Source of the DNA: a virus | Lineage: Duplodnaviria > Caudoviricetes | DNA length: 64,000 bases | IMG/VR virus record: IMGVR_UViG_3300021399_000133 | Span: 1-64,000 of that record | Reading direction: 5' to 3' (one strand) | In this document: positions 55,741 through 64,000 of the stretch, one piece after another | Layout: every line of letters starts with the position of its first letter | Position numbering within the stretch: position 1 is the stretch's first letter | Notes under the pieces: model-generated | Told to the model about the DNA's origin: nothing | The model's database searches: none | Seen by the model: the letters and a program-made list of their open reading frames with translations, nothing else | Translations under genes and position numbers: made by a program

Positions 55741-56266
55741 GTTAAATGTTTAATTTTTTTGGTTGTGTGGGGTTACACCCCAATTCGCTTCGCTCCCCTC
55801 TTCCAGATGTTTTTTAGATATATATGTTTAAAAAAGGATGACAAAAACATTATTCCTGCTTATAGTAACCCCTTTTTTGGGAAAACTACATAAACATTTG
55901 GGTTAGTGCCTCATGACTAAAAAAATTAAACATTTAACTTATTAAGTGTTGTTAAAAAAGTGTCAAAACATTATTTTTCCCTTATATTATTAATACAAGT
56001 GTTTTATGAAAACAACACTATAAATGTAGTCAAAAAATTGACAAAAACATTATTCCTGCTTATAGTAGACCTATTTTTAGAAAAAATTTTACTACACCTA
56101 AATGTTAAACTATATAATAATTGTGGATTAGTTCCACATGATCTAATAAGTTCTACATTTAAATTTTGAGATAGTTCTATGTCCAGGCCAGGGTTGGATG
56201 TGGCCTTCTGGCTGGCCTGGATATTGCATTCTATATTTATTAACAACTATAAAAGCTTATTAAACA
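55741..56266. repeat. AT-rich non-coding region with iteron-like repeats and hairpins (putative replication origin)
   Basis: 29-bp perfect repeat tgacaaaaacattattcctgcttatagta at 55839 and 56039, degenerate copy at 55961; GC-rich 13-bp inverted repeat 56179-56224. Confidence 0.65.
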
Positions 56267-57346
56267 ATGAAAGAGATTACTATTTTTAAAAACTTGTACA
56301 CTTCAGATTCTGTTAATGTTGCTTTGACTGAAGCTTGTGAAATGATGAAAGTTTCAGATAATCCAGCAATTGATAGGCTAAGAGAATGTACAGATCAGAT
56401 GGAGAGATTAGAGTTAAAAAAGCGTTTACCTGTTATTATGTGGCAGGGAAAATTTAATGGATCTCGGAAAAATGAGAATCTCACTGAGTTTTCAGGTTTA
56501 ATGTGTCTTGACTTTGATAACCTTGATGGAAAAGATTTAGAATCTCTTAAAGACAAGATTTTCGACAAAGGTCATGTACTCTGTGTTTTTCTCAGTCCTA
56601 GTGGAAAGGGATTAAAGGTTATTGAGTATTGTGGGCCTAAGTTAAATTCCAATAATTGGAGACTCTATTATCTATTTTTCAAGAATTATTATGAAGATAA
56701 TTTTGGTCTTCATCTAGATCCTTGTTCAGGAGTTTTAAGTCAAGGGTGTTTCTTGTCAAAAGATCTTAATATCCTATATCGAACCCTAAATAATGTAGAA
56801 GAGGCTTATGTTGATGAGTTAGATTATTATCGATTCATGAGTAGCGCGATCTTTGAAAAAGAATTGGTAGCTTTGCCAGATTTAGTTTACTCAGATAATG
56901 ATTTAAAAGCTAAAGAGATCATAGACAAGTTAGACAATGACTGGTCGAAGAATGACTCTTTTTACATGCCTGGTAATAGGACTAGATCAATTTTTACCCA
57001 AGCTGCCAAACTCAGAGCCGAGGGCATTAGTGAAACCTTAGCGTTAAATTATCTCAAGTCTAAATATTTGTCGAGTGATTATCCTGAGTCTAAGATCATC
57101 GAAGAAGTTCACTCAGGTTATACTAATTCTTCCAAACTATCTATACCAAAGAAAATGTTGGAAGATGTAAATGACATATATGATACAATGTTTTTAGCTA
57201 TGGACCTTTATCCTCATGGTGCTGTTTTTGGATCTATTCGTCAGTTTATAGAATTAGGTTTGTCGGATGAATCGATTAAACACATCATGGAGACAGTAGT
57301 ACTTCCAGATGATATTTGGAAGGAAGTAGGTCCTATAACGTTGTAG
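56267..57346 (+). CDS. BT4734/VirE-N family primase-polymerase-like protein with PriCT-like C-terminus
   Basis: KKRLP..GKF..R..FSGLMCLDFD..SPSGKGLKV; PGNRTRSIF..A..L..G. Confidence 0.8.
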   Translation: MKEITIFKNLYTSDSVNVALTEACEMMKVSDNPAIDRLRECTDQMERLELKKRLPVIMWQGKFNGSRKNENLTEFSGLMCLDFDNLDGKDLESLKDKIFDKGHVLCVFLSPSGKGLKVIEYCGPKLNSNNWRLYYLFFKNYYEDNFGLHLDPCSGVLSQGCFLSKDLNILYRTLNNVEEAYVDELDYYRFMSSAIFEKELVALPDLVYSDNDLKAKEIIDKLDNDWSKNDSFYMPGNRTRSIFTQAAKLRAEGISETLALNYLKSKYLSSDYPESKIIEEVHSGYTNSSKLSIPKKMLEDVNDIYDTMFLAMDLYPHGAVFGSIRQFIELGLSDESIKHIMETVVLPDDIWKEVGPITL

Positions 57347-57373
57347 AACAGATCAAGTTGGTCTGACTATTTG

Positions 57374-57407
57374 AAAGGAAAGTCTTTATTAAGAGGCTCT
57401 CCTTTTT
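57374..57407 (+). terminator. terminator hairpin after primase gene
   Basis: aaaggaaagtcttt/aagaggctctccttt plus T tract. Confidence 0.6.
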
Positions 57408-57428
57408 ACTTTTGAGAGGAGAGAAATA

Positions 57429-57767
57429 ATGAAGTACTTATTATCGACGGGGAAGGCGACTGATAGGTTAGAGTATTATGTGATGGATTTATTCCGCTTA
57501 TACTTATCTATTCAGCCCAGGGATATACCGGGTTCCCCTCAAATTGGTTTTAACTTTACCTTATCTGGGACATTTAAATCGGATCTAGTTTCAGCCGTTG
57601 AGTCGAAGGTAAAGGAATTAGTTTCAGTCATATCGGGTCGTTTTAATTCAAATTCGATAGTGATTGAGATAGAGAGTTTAGAGATAGTTGATGAGACCTT
57701 AGCGAAGTTAGTAGTGTCAGTAAATAAGCTAACGTCGGATGAGATCTTGATTAACTTATATGAATGA
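57429..57767 (+). CDS. baseplate wedge protein (gp25-like)
   Basis: 112 aa; LSIQPRDIPGSPQIG; IEIESLEIV..LVVSV. Confidence 0.75.
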   Translation: MKYLLSTGKATDRLEYYVMDLFRLYLSIQPRDIPGSPQIGFNFTLSGTFKSDLVSAVESKVKELVSVISGRFNSNSIVIEIESLEIVDETLAKLVVSVNKLTSDEILINLYE

Positions 57768-57773
57768 TTTTAT

Positions 57774-59924
57774 ATGAGAACGATACAAAATTACAGAGCT
57801 ATATTTTCAGAGATAGGTTCTAATCTTCGTATCAGTGGTGATTCATTAGAGGTTCTTGTTCAACTTCTCGCTCAGGCCACATATATTTCGGAGGTAGAGC
57901 AGATTTCTTATGTACAGGAGGCGTCATTAGAGAAGGCATCTTTGATTAACTCTAAGATTCAGCACTGTATGGACCTGATGTATAGTGTATGGCGAGGTTC
58001 ATGTCCGAGGTTGATATTGAACATTAAGCCGATGAGGGTATTTAATTTCAAGCCATACGATCCTATCATTTCCTCCAACAATTTCAAAGTATATTATCTT
58101 GGTTACTGGGATCCTAAGTCTATTACATCGGAAACTACGAGGACGGTTCACACTTACGCTTTTGTTGAGATTTCGGAGTTGCCATTGGGAGCTTCTTGGA
58201 TTGATGTTACGCAGAGTGAGTGGGAGAAGATTATACCAAGTTCTACGACTGCCGGAAATTATTATCGAGTTTATTCAGGGAAGGAGTATTGGAAAGGTTG
58301 TGTTCGGTATATTCCAGAGGCCGTTGAGTCTATTCCCTCCGATATCCCTGAATCTAAGATATACAAGACGATTACATGGCCGATAGATTTAGAGGGCTTT
58401 TCTGATTCGGACCGGCCAGAATATATTGTTTACATTAAGTATCGTTATTACATTGCTCAGCAGGATGATAATGGTCAGTTTTATTTTCAGGAGTATTCAC
58501 AGTGGCCGGAGAGTGTAGTAACTAAGAATTTCGTCCAGACATTACCAACATCACAGGAGGAGATTGCAGCGGCTTGGACTTCTAATAATTCGATTGGTTA
58601 TGCTACGACTGATTCTCGGTTATATTATCAGGTAGTAGTGGAGCCTTATTGGGAGGAGATAGAGAAGTCAGAGAGTTATGATTATCAGTACGAAAATTCA
58701 TTACCCGACCCCTCTATTGAATTAAAAGATAGTATAGCTGAGGTAATATTAGTGGTGGGGAAGAAGTGCGTGAAGGATACGACCACTGAGATTCCCGAGT
58801 TGACTGATACTTCTTTATTGGGTGGTTTTGTATTTGGTGAGACCTCGTTACTTCCCTCTGATACTCCTACTCCTATTTTAGGTTTGATTGCTAAGGAGAC
58901 GTATGAGATGGAGAAGACTTTAACATCGTCTAATCCATATTATGTAGAGACTATGGAGGAGGATTTAAGTAATGATGTCTTGGTGGAATATGCTGGTGAA
59001 GTTAAGCCTGTCACAAGAAACTTTTCAGATCACATCTTAGACGGTGATGTATTTGACCTAACATTACCTTCATTTGGTTCCAGGTTATTTGTCAATCCAG
59101 GTGAGAATGAGATATCGACGATTAATGAAACTCTCTCGGCTAAATACTTCAAATATTCGGAGTTAGATTCGTATAATACATCGGAGCTAGCTAAACTCTA
59201 TGTGAAGGGTGCTGAGTTGGTTTCGTTTGATTCTTGTTATACTTCGACTGATCCGACTTGGGATGTATTTAAGGGTCAGGAAGAGTTTGGTCCCGGTATT
59301 ATTGGCATTAAGGAAGGCAGTCGTGATTCATTAGTTAGCATTCATTACAAGGCGAACAGGGATAGATATGATAATTCAATTCTTCGTTCTAATGCTGATG
59401 TTACTTCGATATTAGAGGAGGACTATGCAGATTATATTGTTTCCTCTGGCACATCATATAAATTTACCTACAATGCTTCTTCAGGTACGACAGGATTATT
59501 TATATGGTATGTGCCGAAGAATAGGAATAACTTACTGCCAGAGTCTAAGATCGAGCAATACAGAGACAAGCGTTCCTCTTATTATATAACCACAGACATA
59601 ACGATAGAGCCTGGTGAGATGATGAATGTAATATATAACTTAGAGATCGAGTTATATACAACGAGTGATACTGAGGACTTGACTGTAGCGTTAGAGAAGA
59701 TATTTGATCAGTACGAGAATAAGTTTAATGTTGACTTGATCGCCTCACAGGAAACCATTAAGAGTTCAATTTCCAAGATTTCGAATGTTAGTCAAATTAA
59801 GGGGATAGAGATTTTATGGTTGGATGAAAATGGAGAGCCTGCAGATCAACCGAAGGACCTGACTTATACTTATTTCGAGATATCATTTAATCTCAATACA
59901 ACTGTTAAATCTATTATTATATGA
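57774..59924 (+). CDS. baseplate wedge protein (gp6/J-like)
   Basis: LVQLLAQ..QEASLEKA..SKIQHC..YSVWRG N-terminal gp6-like pattern; follows gp25-like gene. Confidence 0.75.
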   Translation: MRTIQNYRAIFSEIGSNLRISGDSLEVLVQLLAQATYISEVEQISYVQEASLEKASLINSKIQHCMDLMYSVWRGSCPRLILNIKPMRVFNFKPYDPIISSNNFKVYYLGYWDPKSITSETTRTVHTYAFVEISELPLGASWIDVTQSEWEKIIPSSTTAGNYYRVYSGKEYWKGCVRYIPEAVESIPSDIPESKIYKTITWPIDLEGFSDSDRPEYIVYIKYRYYIAQQDDNGQFYFQEYSQWPESVVTKNFVQTLPTSQEEIAAAWTSNNSIGYATTDSRLYYQVVVEPYWEEIEKSESYDYQYENSLPDPSIELKDSIAEVILVVGKKCVKDTTTEIPELTDTSLLGGFVFGETSLLPSDTPTPILGLIAKETYEMEKTLTSSNPYYVETMEEDLSNDVLVEYAGEVKPVTRNFSDHILDGDVFDLTLPSFGSRLFVNPGENEISTINETLSAKYFKYSELDSYNTSELAKLYVKGAELVSFDSCYTSTDPTWDVFKGQEEFGPGIIGIKEGSRDSLVSIHYKANRDRYDNSILRSNADVTSILEEDYADYIVSSGTSYKFTYNASSGTTGLFIWYVPKNRNNLLPESKIEQYRDKRSSYYITTDITIEPGEMMNVIYNLEIELYTTSDTEDLTVALEKIFDQYENKFNVDLIASQETIKSSISKISNVSQIKGIEILWLDENGEPADQPKDLTYTYFEISFNLNTTVKSIII

Positions 59925-60466
59925 AACTATACGTACCAGAGAATCTCAAGAAGCTAGAGTTATACGATCAGCTATGTCGTATGATAAAGGCGTATGGAGA
60001 TGGTGGTTATTATACAGATCCGACGGAGAGTATTGATGATTATTCTGGATTTTATTTAAGGGTAGATCCGGTAAAGCGTTTTGTGGAGATGACTTTAGGG
60101 CGGGAGAACTTGAGTGATAATGTTGATTGGTCGGGTATAGTTTCTTATGTCACCTCTTTATTCTACAGTGTTAAAGGAACTCCACATGTATTCTCGCTTA
60201 TGAAAAAATACTTGGACATAGATATAGGGTCTGTAGAGTATGATGGTATTATATTGAAATTCTTCATTAACTCAGTCACAACATCAGACGAGGGGCATTA
60301 TTTAAATTGCTTACGTTCTTTTCTTGGGTCCTTATTGTTTTTTAATCCAGACCGTTCTAAGATTGAGATAGGGACAGTGAAATTGAAGATTATCGATTCC
60401 ATCAATAGCTCTCTGATGTCCGGTGTTAAAAACTATTTAGAATATATTATTAAAGATGAAAGTTGA
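59921..60466 (+). CDS. baseplate wedge protein (gp7/I-like)
   Basis: LFYSVKGTPHVF..L (KGT motif). Confidence 0.65.
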   Translation: MKLYVPENLKKLELYDQLCRMIKAYGDGGYYTDPTESIDDYSGFYLRVDPVKRFVEMTLGRENLSDNVDWSGIVSYVTSLFYSVKGTPHVFSLMKKYLDIDIGSVEYDGIILKFFINSVTTSDEGHYLNCLRSFLGSLLFFNPDRSKIEIGTVKLKIIDSINSSLMSGVKNYLEYIIKDES

Positions 60467-62339
60467 ATTAAGAAAGTCAGATAAAATTCAGGCCATTCGA
60501 GAGGTTAAAATTTCTGGGTCTGAATTATCTCCCATTGTAAAATATAATTCTACTTCATCTACTTTTGCTGGGATATCTGATTTTTCTGAGTATGACTTCT
60601 TATATCGAATCGCCAAGGACAAATTTAATGATACTCCACTTTTATCTTATATTTCCACCGACATACAGGAAAAATTTGATAAAGGATTGGAGTCATTAAA
60701 GGCCTTGGAGTATTCACTGTTTCCAACTTTCTCTCAATCGGATACTTCAACGTCGGGGGATAATTATTTTGGAATAGTTACAATTTCGGAGGTTTCAGTT
60801 ATTCTATTAGATATTCCAGAGGGTTATGATAAGATAGAATTTTATGATCTTACATCTTCAGTAGTTATTGAGGCTAATTTAGATGGTGATGGTGAGAAGG
60901 AATGTCGTAATGTAGTTTGGTTCCTTATTAAGCCAGAAGAAGTAGCGACCCAAGCAATTAATGTATCCTACTCGGCCTATAACTCTTCTATTAATCCCTG
61001 TCGTAATAAGAAGGACCTGTGTTTGAGGAATGATGAGTTATATTCGAGTCCCTCATTAACCTCTCCCTTCAAAGACTTACAGAATGGTAATATACTAGGT
61101 CAGGTTAAGGTTTCTGATTCTATTATTGCTAGGTCTAAACTGGGGATGATTGATGGGTCCTGGCAGAAGAAGAGATATTATCGGGAGGGTGAAGTAGTGT
61201 CTGACAAGTGGTTATCTTTACAGGACGGCTCAGGGAATGTTCCATCAATATCACCTGCCTGGATTGATAAAGAGGTTTTGTCAGGAAAGGTTTATAAGGC
61301 GATTGAGTTTAGGGTTAATGCAGCTCGATATAATACGAAAGGTGAGTTTGTAGGTTACTCGAATTCCACCATTATCTCTCCAGGTAATTTTCTGTGTGTC
61401 TATAATAATCCAGGTAATAAGATTAAATTTACTGTTGATGTAGAGTCAGGTTATAGTCTTTACTCGCCAACAGGATCAATACCAATAGCCGGAGAGGATT
61501 ATAGTCTTGTATTGTCGGAAGATAAGAACACATTTATTTTTGAGATATATTATAATGAAGACTCCGACAGTACCTGGCAGAAAATTTTGAAAGATCGAGT
61601 GTTTGATGTTAGGGTTGATAAGTCTTTGACATATATTCTAATTCAAACCTCTTCCGTTCCTGGTCCTTTCAATTCTTATTCTTTTACAACAGAACCAAAG
61701 AACACCAGATATTATTTGAATTTAGGAGGAACGATATTTAAGGAAGATGAAATATGGTTAGAGAAGGAAGATAGTGAGGATTCTGGGTTCTCTGTTCCGA
61801 CTTCGTCATTTACTCTCCTAACTGTTCATTATAATCCTGCCAACTCTTTAATTCCAGGTCTTTTAACTCCTCAAAACGAAGAATCACCCGAGATAGATTC
61901 GAACTATGTGCCTAAGAGTAAATTTAATAATACTATGGCCAGTTATTCGTTATCTCTATCTCCTCGTCCAGTAAAAATGTCCTTCCGATCTAATAATTTC
62001 TTAGGGGTTTTATTGAGTTATTCAGAGCAGGAGGTAGCACCAGATTTCGGAGTTTTATCTGATCTCGCTTACAAATCTTATAACATGGATTCTAAGTTTG
62101 TTTTTCTTCAGGGTCATTCTTGGAGTTCAGACGATACAGATTTAGCGTTTAAAATTACTGCTAAGCTAGGACCGGGGGAGGCTATAGTTAGAGAGGTAAC
62201 TGTTGGAAACTTAGCTGCAGAAGTTGAAATTTTTGCTGGGAAGAGTTGGGTTAAATTGGATAAGCTTGAGAATGAAGAGATGTGTTTAACTTTCACCAAT
62301 CTCTTTTACGATGTTGATATAGAATTAAATGTAGCATGA
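60456..62339 (+). CDS. putative baseplate/tail-fibre-associated protein
   Basis: beta-rich 627 aa; WQKKRYYREGEVV carbohydrate-binding-like motif; position. Confidence 0.55.
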   Translation: MKVELRKSDKIQAIREVKISGSELSPIVKYNSTSSTFAGISDFSEYDFLYRIAKDKFNDTPLLSYISTDIQEKFDKGLESLKALEYSLFPTFSQSDTSTSGDNYFGIVTISEVSVILLDIPEGYDKIEFYDLTSSVVIEANLDGDGEKECRNVVWFLIKPEEVATQAINVSYSAYNSSINPCRNKKDLCLRNDELYSSPSLTSPFKDLQNGNILGQVKVSDSIIARSKLGMIDGSWQKKRYYREGEVVSDKWLSLQDGSGNVPSISPAWIDKEVLSGKVYKAIEFRVNAARYNTKGEFVGYSNSTIISPGNFLCVYNNPGNKIKFTVDVESGYSLYSPTGSIPIAGEDYSLVLSEDKNTFIFEIYYNEDSDSTWQKILKDRVFDVRVDKSLTYILIQTSSVPGPFNSYSFTTEPKNTRYYLNLGGTIFKEDEIWLEKEDSEDSGFSVPTSSFTLLTVHYNPANSLIPGLLTPQNEESPEIDSNYVPKSKFNNTMASYSLSLSPRPVKMSFRSNNFLGVLLSYSEQEVAPDFGVLSDLAYKSYNMDSKFVFLQGHSWSSDDTDLAFKITAKLGPGEAIVREVTVGNLAAEVEIFAGKSWVKLDKLENEEMCLTFTNLFYDVDIELNVA

Positions 62340-63466
62340 ATATAAACGGAAAATCCATTCGAGGTATGTTTCTATATCAGGACACCTTAGAATTTGAAAA
62401 AGGAGATTTTGTAGTTGCCGGGGATTTGATTTATATATGTACTCCAAAATCAGGGGAAGGGTACATAAAGGGTGAAGATCCGGCCAACTCCACGAACTAC
62501 ACTCCTTATCCTGGTGAGCTTGGTTCAGTTCAGGATTATCAGGCCTTTCTTGATTTAAAAGATAGTGGTTATAGTGCTCCTGATAAGTATGTGTCTTCGA
62601 CTGCTCTATATAAAATCCTTCAGTCTCAGTTTTTTGGGTTGAATGCTCAGGGGATTATTACTAAGATCTTTACTACAAATGATGAATTAGCGTCGTTAAT
62701 GTTGAGTAAAGAATCTAATAATGGTATGGTTTTAGTAGACAGGTCGGTAGTACAGTCGATGTTGCCAGAAATATATAATGAGTTCTCGGATAATTGTTGG
62801 TGTATTGTTCGGCAGAGTACATATTCTTATAATGTTTCTTCTACTATTACAAGGACCATTAGAGTTCAGGAGTTAATTGATCCGACAACAGGGGCTTATT
62901 TTACTAGGTTCTTAAATTATGGGGTTGATTTTACTCCGTCTGCCTGGGAAAGTGGTATTGAATGTGATGCTTCTTTAATGGACAAGTTTAGAAGAATTAA
63001 GAACTACTATATTGCTTTGGCGGAGGATACTAGGCGTGCAACTGAGAATCTGGTTTCATCTTATTGTATTCAGTCTATCTTCGATTTAGCCATTTCTGAA
63101 CCAGATTATGTTAAGATCACCAACCCTAGAACTATTCAGATAACACTAGTATCAGGGTCAAAATTCAAGGAGTTAATTGCACCGTCAGGAAGATTGCCAA
63201 TAACTTTAACTATGTCTTCTACTCCTACTAATGATGGTTCTGATGTTCTAGCAACTGAGACTATGACTATTGATGTTCTACAGTTTAAGCCAGAGGATGG
63301 TGCGGATAGTCGTACAGTGAGTTATAGAAGCGGATCAAAGGGGTGGTTAGTTAGTGTTTTATTCGAGTTTTCTGGTACTGATAACATAATAACGATAACT
63401 TTAGGTGAACAGAATGCCTCGATAGTTGATGCATATGTAAAGACTAAATATCTTACTGAATCATGA
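62336..63466 (+). CDS. putative tail-fibre-associated protein
   Basis: FEKGDFVV..LIYIC module at N-terminus; ATGA-coupled. Confidence 0.55.
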   Translation: MNINGKSIRGMFLYQDTLEFEKGDFVVAGDLIYICTPKSGEGYIKGEDPANSTNYTPYPGELGSVQDYQAFLDLKDSGYSAPDKYVSSTALYKILQSQFFGLNAQGIITKIFTTNDELASLMLSKESNNGMVLVDRSVVQSMLPEIYNEFSDNCWCIVRQSTYSYNVSSTITRTIRVQELIDPTTGAYFTRFLNYGVDFTPSAWESGIECDASLMDKFRRIKNYYIALAEDTRRATENLVSSYCIQSIFDLAISEPDYVKITNPRTIQITLVSGSKFKELIAPSGRLPITLTMSSTPTNDGSDVLATETMTIDVLQFKPEDGADSRTVSYRSGSKGWLVSVLFEFSGTDNIITITLGEQNASIVDAYVKTKYLTES

Positions 63467-64000
63467 AGACTTTAACATTAATCAAACCAGATGATGCTGT
63501 TGAGGTTGGAGAAATAAGAATAGATGATTTGACTCTAGTTAATACTGCTACAAATACTAAAATTCTACCTGGTCAAGATCTATTAAGATGTTCAAGACTT
63601 TATGATATCTTAGAGAGTAGGTCTTTCAATCTCCCAGGAATAGTCTTTTATAGTGAGCAGTATAAATATCTTCGTCCTAATTACAACTTTTTTATTTCTA
63701 TTATATCTCAATCTGTTTCTTCTGAGGAGTTTGAGGAGATATATTATAAGTATCCTGAGCAAGTTGAAGTAGGGTCAGAAGATGAAATCGACATATATAA
63801 AATAGGTGTAACCACTTTATACTATTCTTATAATCCAAATGAAGATACTTACTTTATTTATGGGTTAACACTTTCTGGTCCTGGTGAAATGAATACAGAC
63901 CCGATGCATGTAGATTATAATGATGGTATCTTATCGACAGAGTCTTCTATTCCCTTTCATCGAGAATTATCAGAGGGAGAGGATGTTACAGGGGTTATAG
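63463..64000 (+). CDS. partial hypothetical protein (runs off the window end)
   Basis: ATG 63463 overlaps upstream TGA; frame open to 64000 (MKTLTLIKPDDAVEVGE...). Confidence 0.7.
   Translation, partial: MKTLTLIKPDDAVEVGEIRIDDLTLVNTATNTKILPGQDLLRCSRLYDILESRSFNLPGIVFYSEQYKYLRPNYNFFISIISQSVSSEEFEEIYYKYPEQVEVGSEDEIDIYKIGVTTLYYSYNPNEDTYFIYGLTLSGPGEMNTDPMHVDYNDGILSTESSIPFHRELSEGEDVTGVI

Overview
A 64-kb segment of a large, AT-rich tailed phage genome with a contractile tail and a distantly T4-like morphogenesis module. All convincing genes are on the + strand and use the standard code. A Bacteroidota host is inferred from a lipobox/DS-repeat lipoprotein, a BT4734/VirE-N primase and mostly SD-less A/T-rich start contexts. 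Order: accessory head-cargo genes, tRNA-Asn, terL, tRNA-Leu, amidase, PI-PLC, endolysin, portal, prohead protease, scaffold, major capsid, sheath, neck, second sheath-like gene, tail tube, chaperone, tape measure, baseplate hub and spike, an inserted helicase/origin-like/primase module, then baseplate wedge and fibre genes. Two systems stand out. (1) About 25 small genes, many of them glycine-zipper membrane proteins, share an N-terminal peptide M-x(2-4)-[RK]-[QRY]-K-x-[FY]-[STN]. Its core [KR]-x-[FY]-S also recurs in the scaffold, protease linker and capsid propeptide, and I did not see it at the N-termini of tail proteins. This suggests a capsid-targeting plus maturation-cleavage code that loads many membrane-active proteins into the head. 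(2) A dispersed family of 55-nt intergenic tRNA-mimic elements (4 full copies, 1 truncated) shows compensatory base changes, a 12-13-bp acceptor/T-arm-like helix and a tRNA-like N-CTA tail. Also noted: a probable +1 frameshift in the tail chaperone, a tRNA-Asn with a 5-nt duplication in its anticodon loop, and a probable replication origin at a strand-composition switch. All calls come from manual motif reading; no database searches were run.
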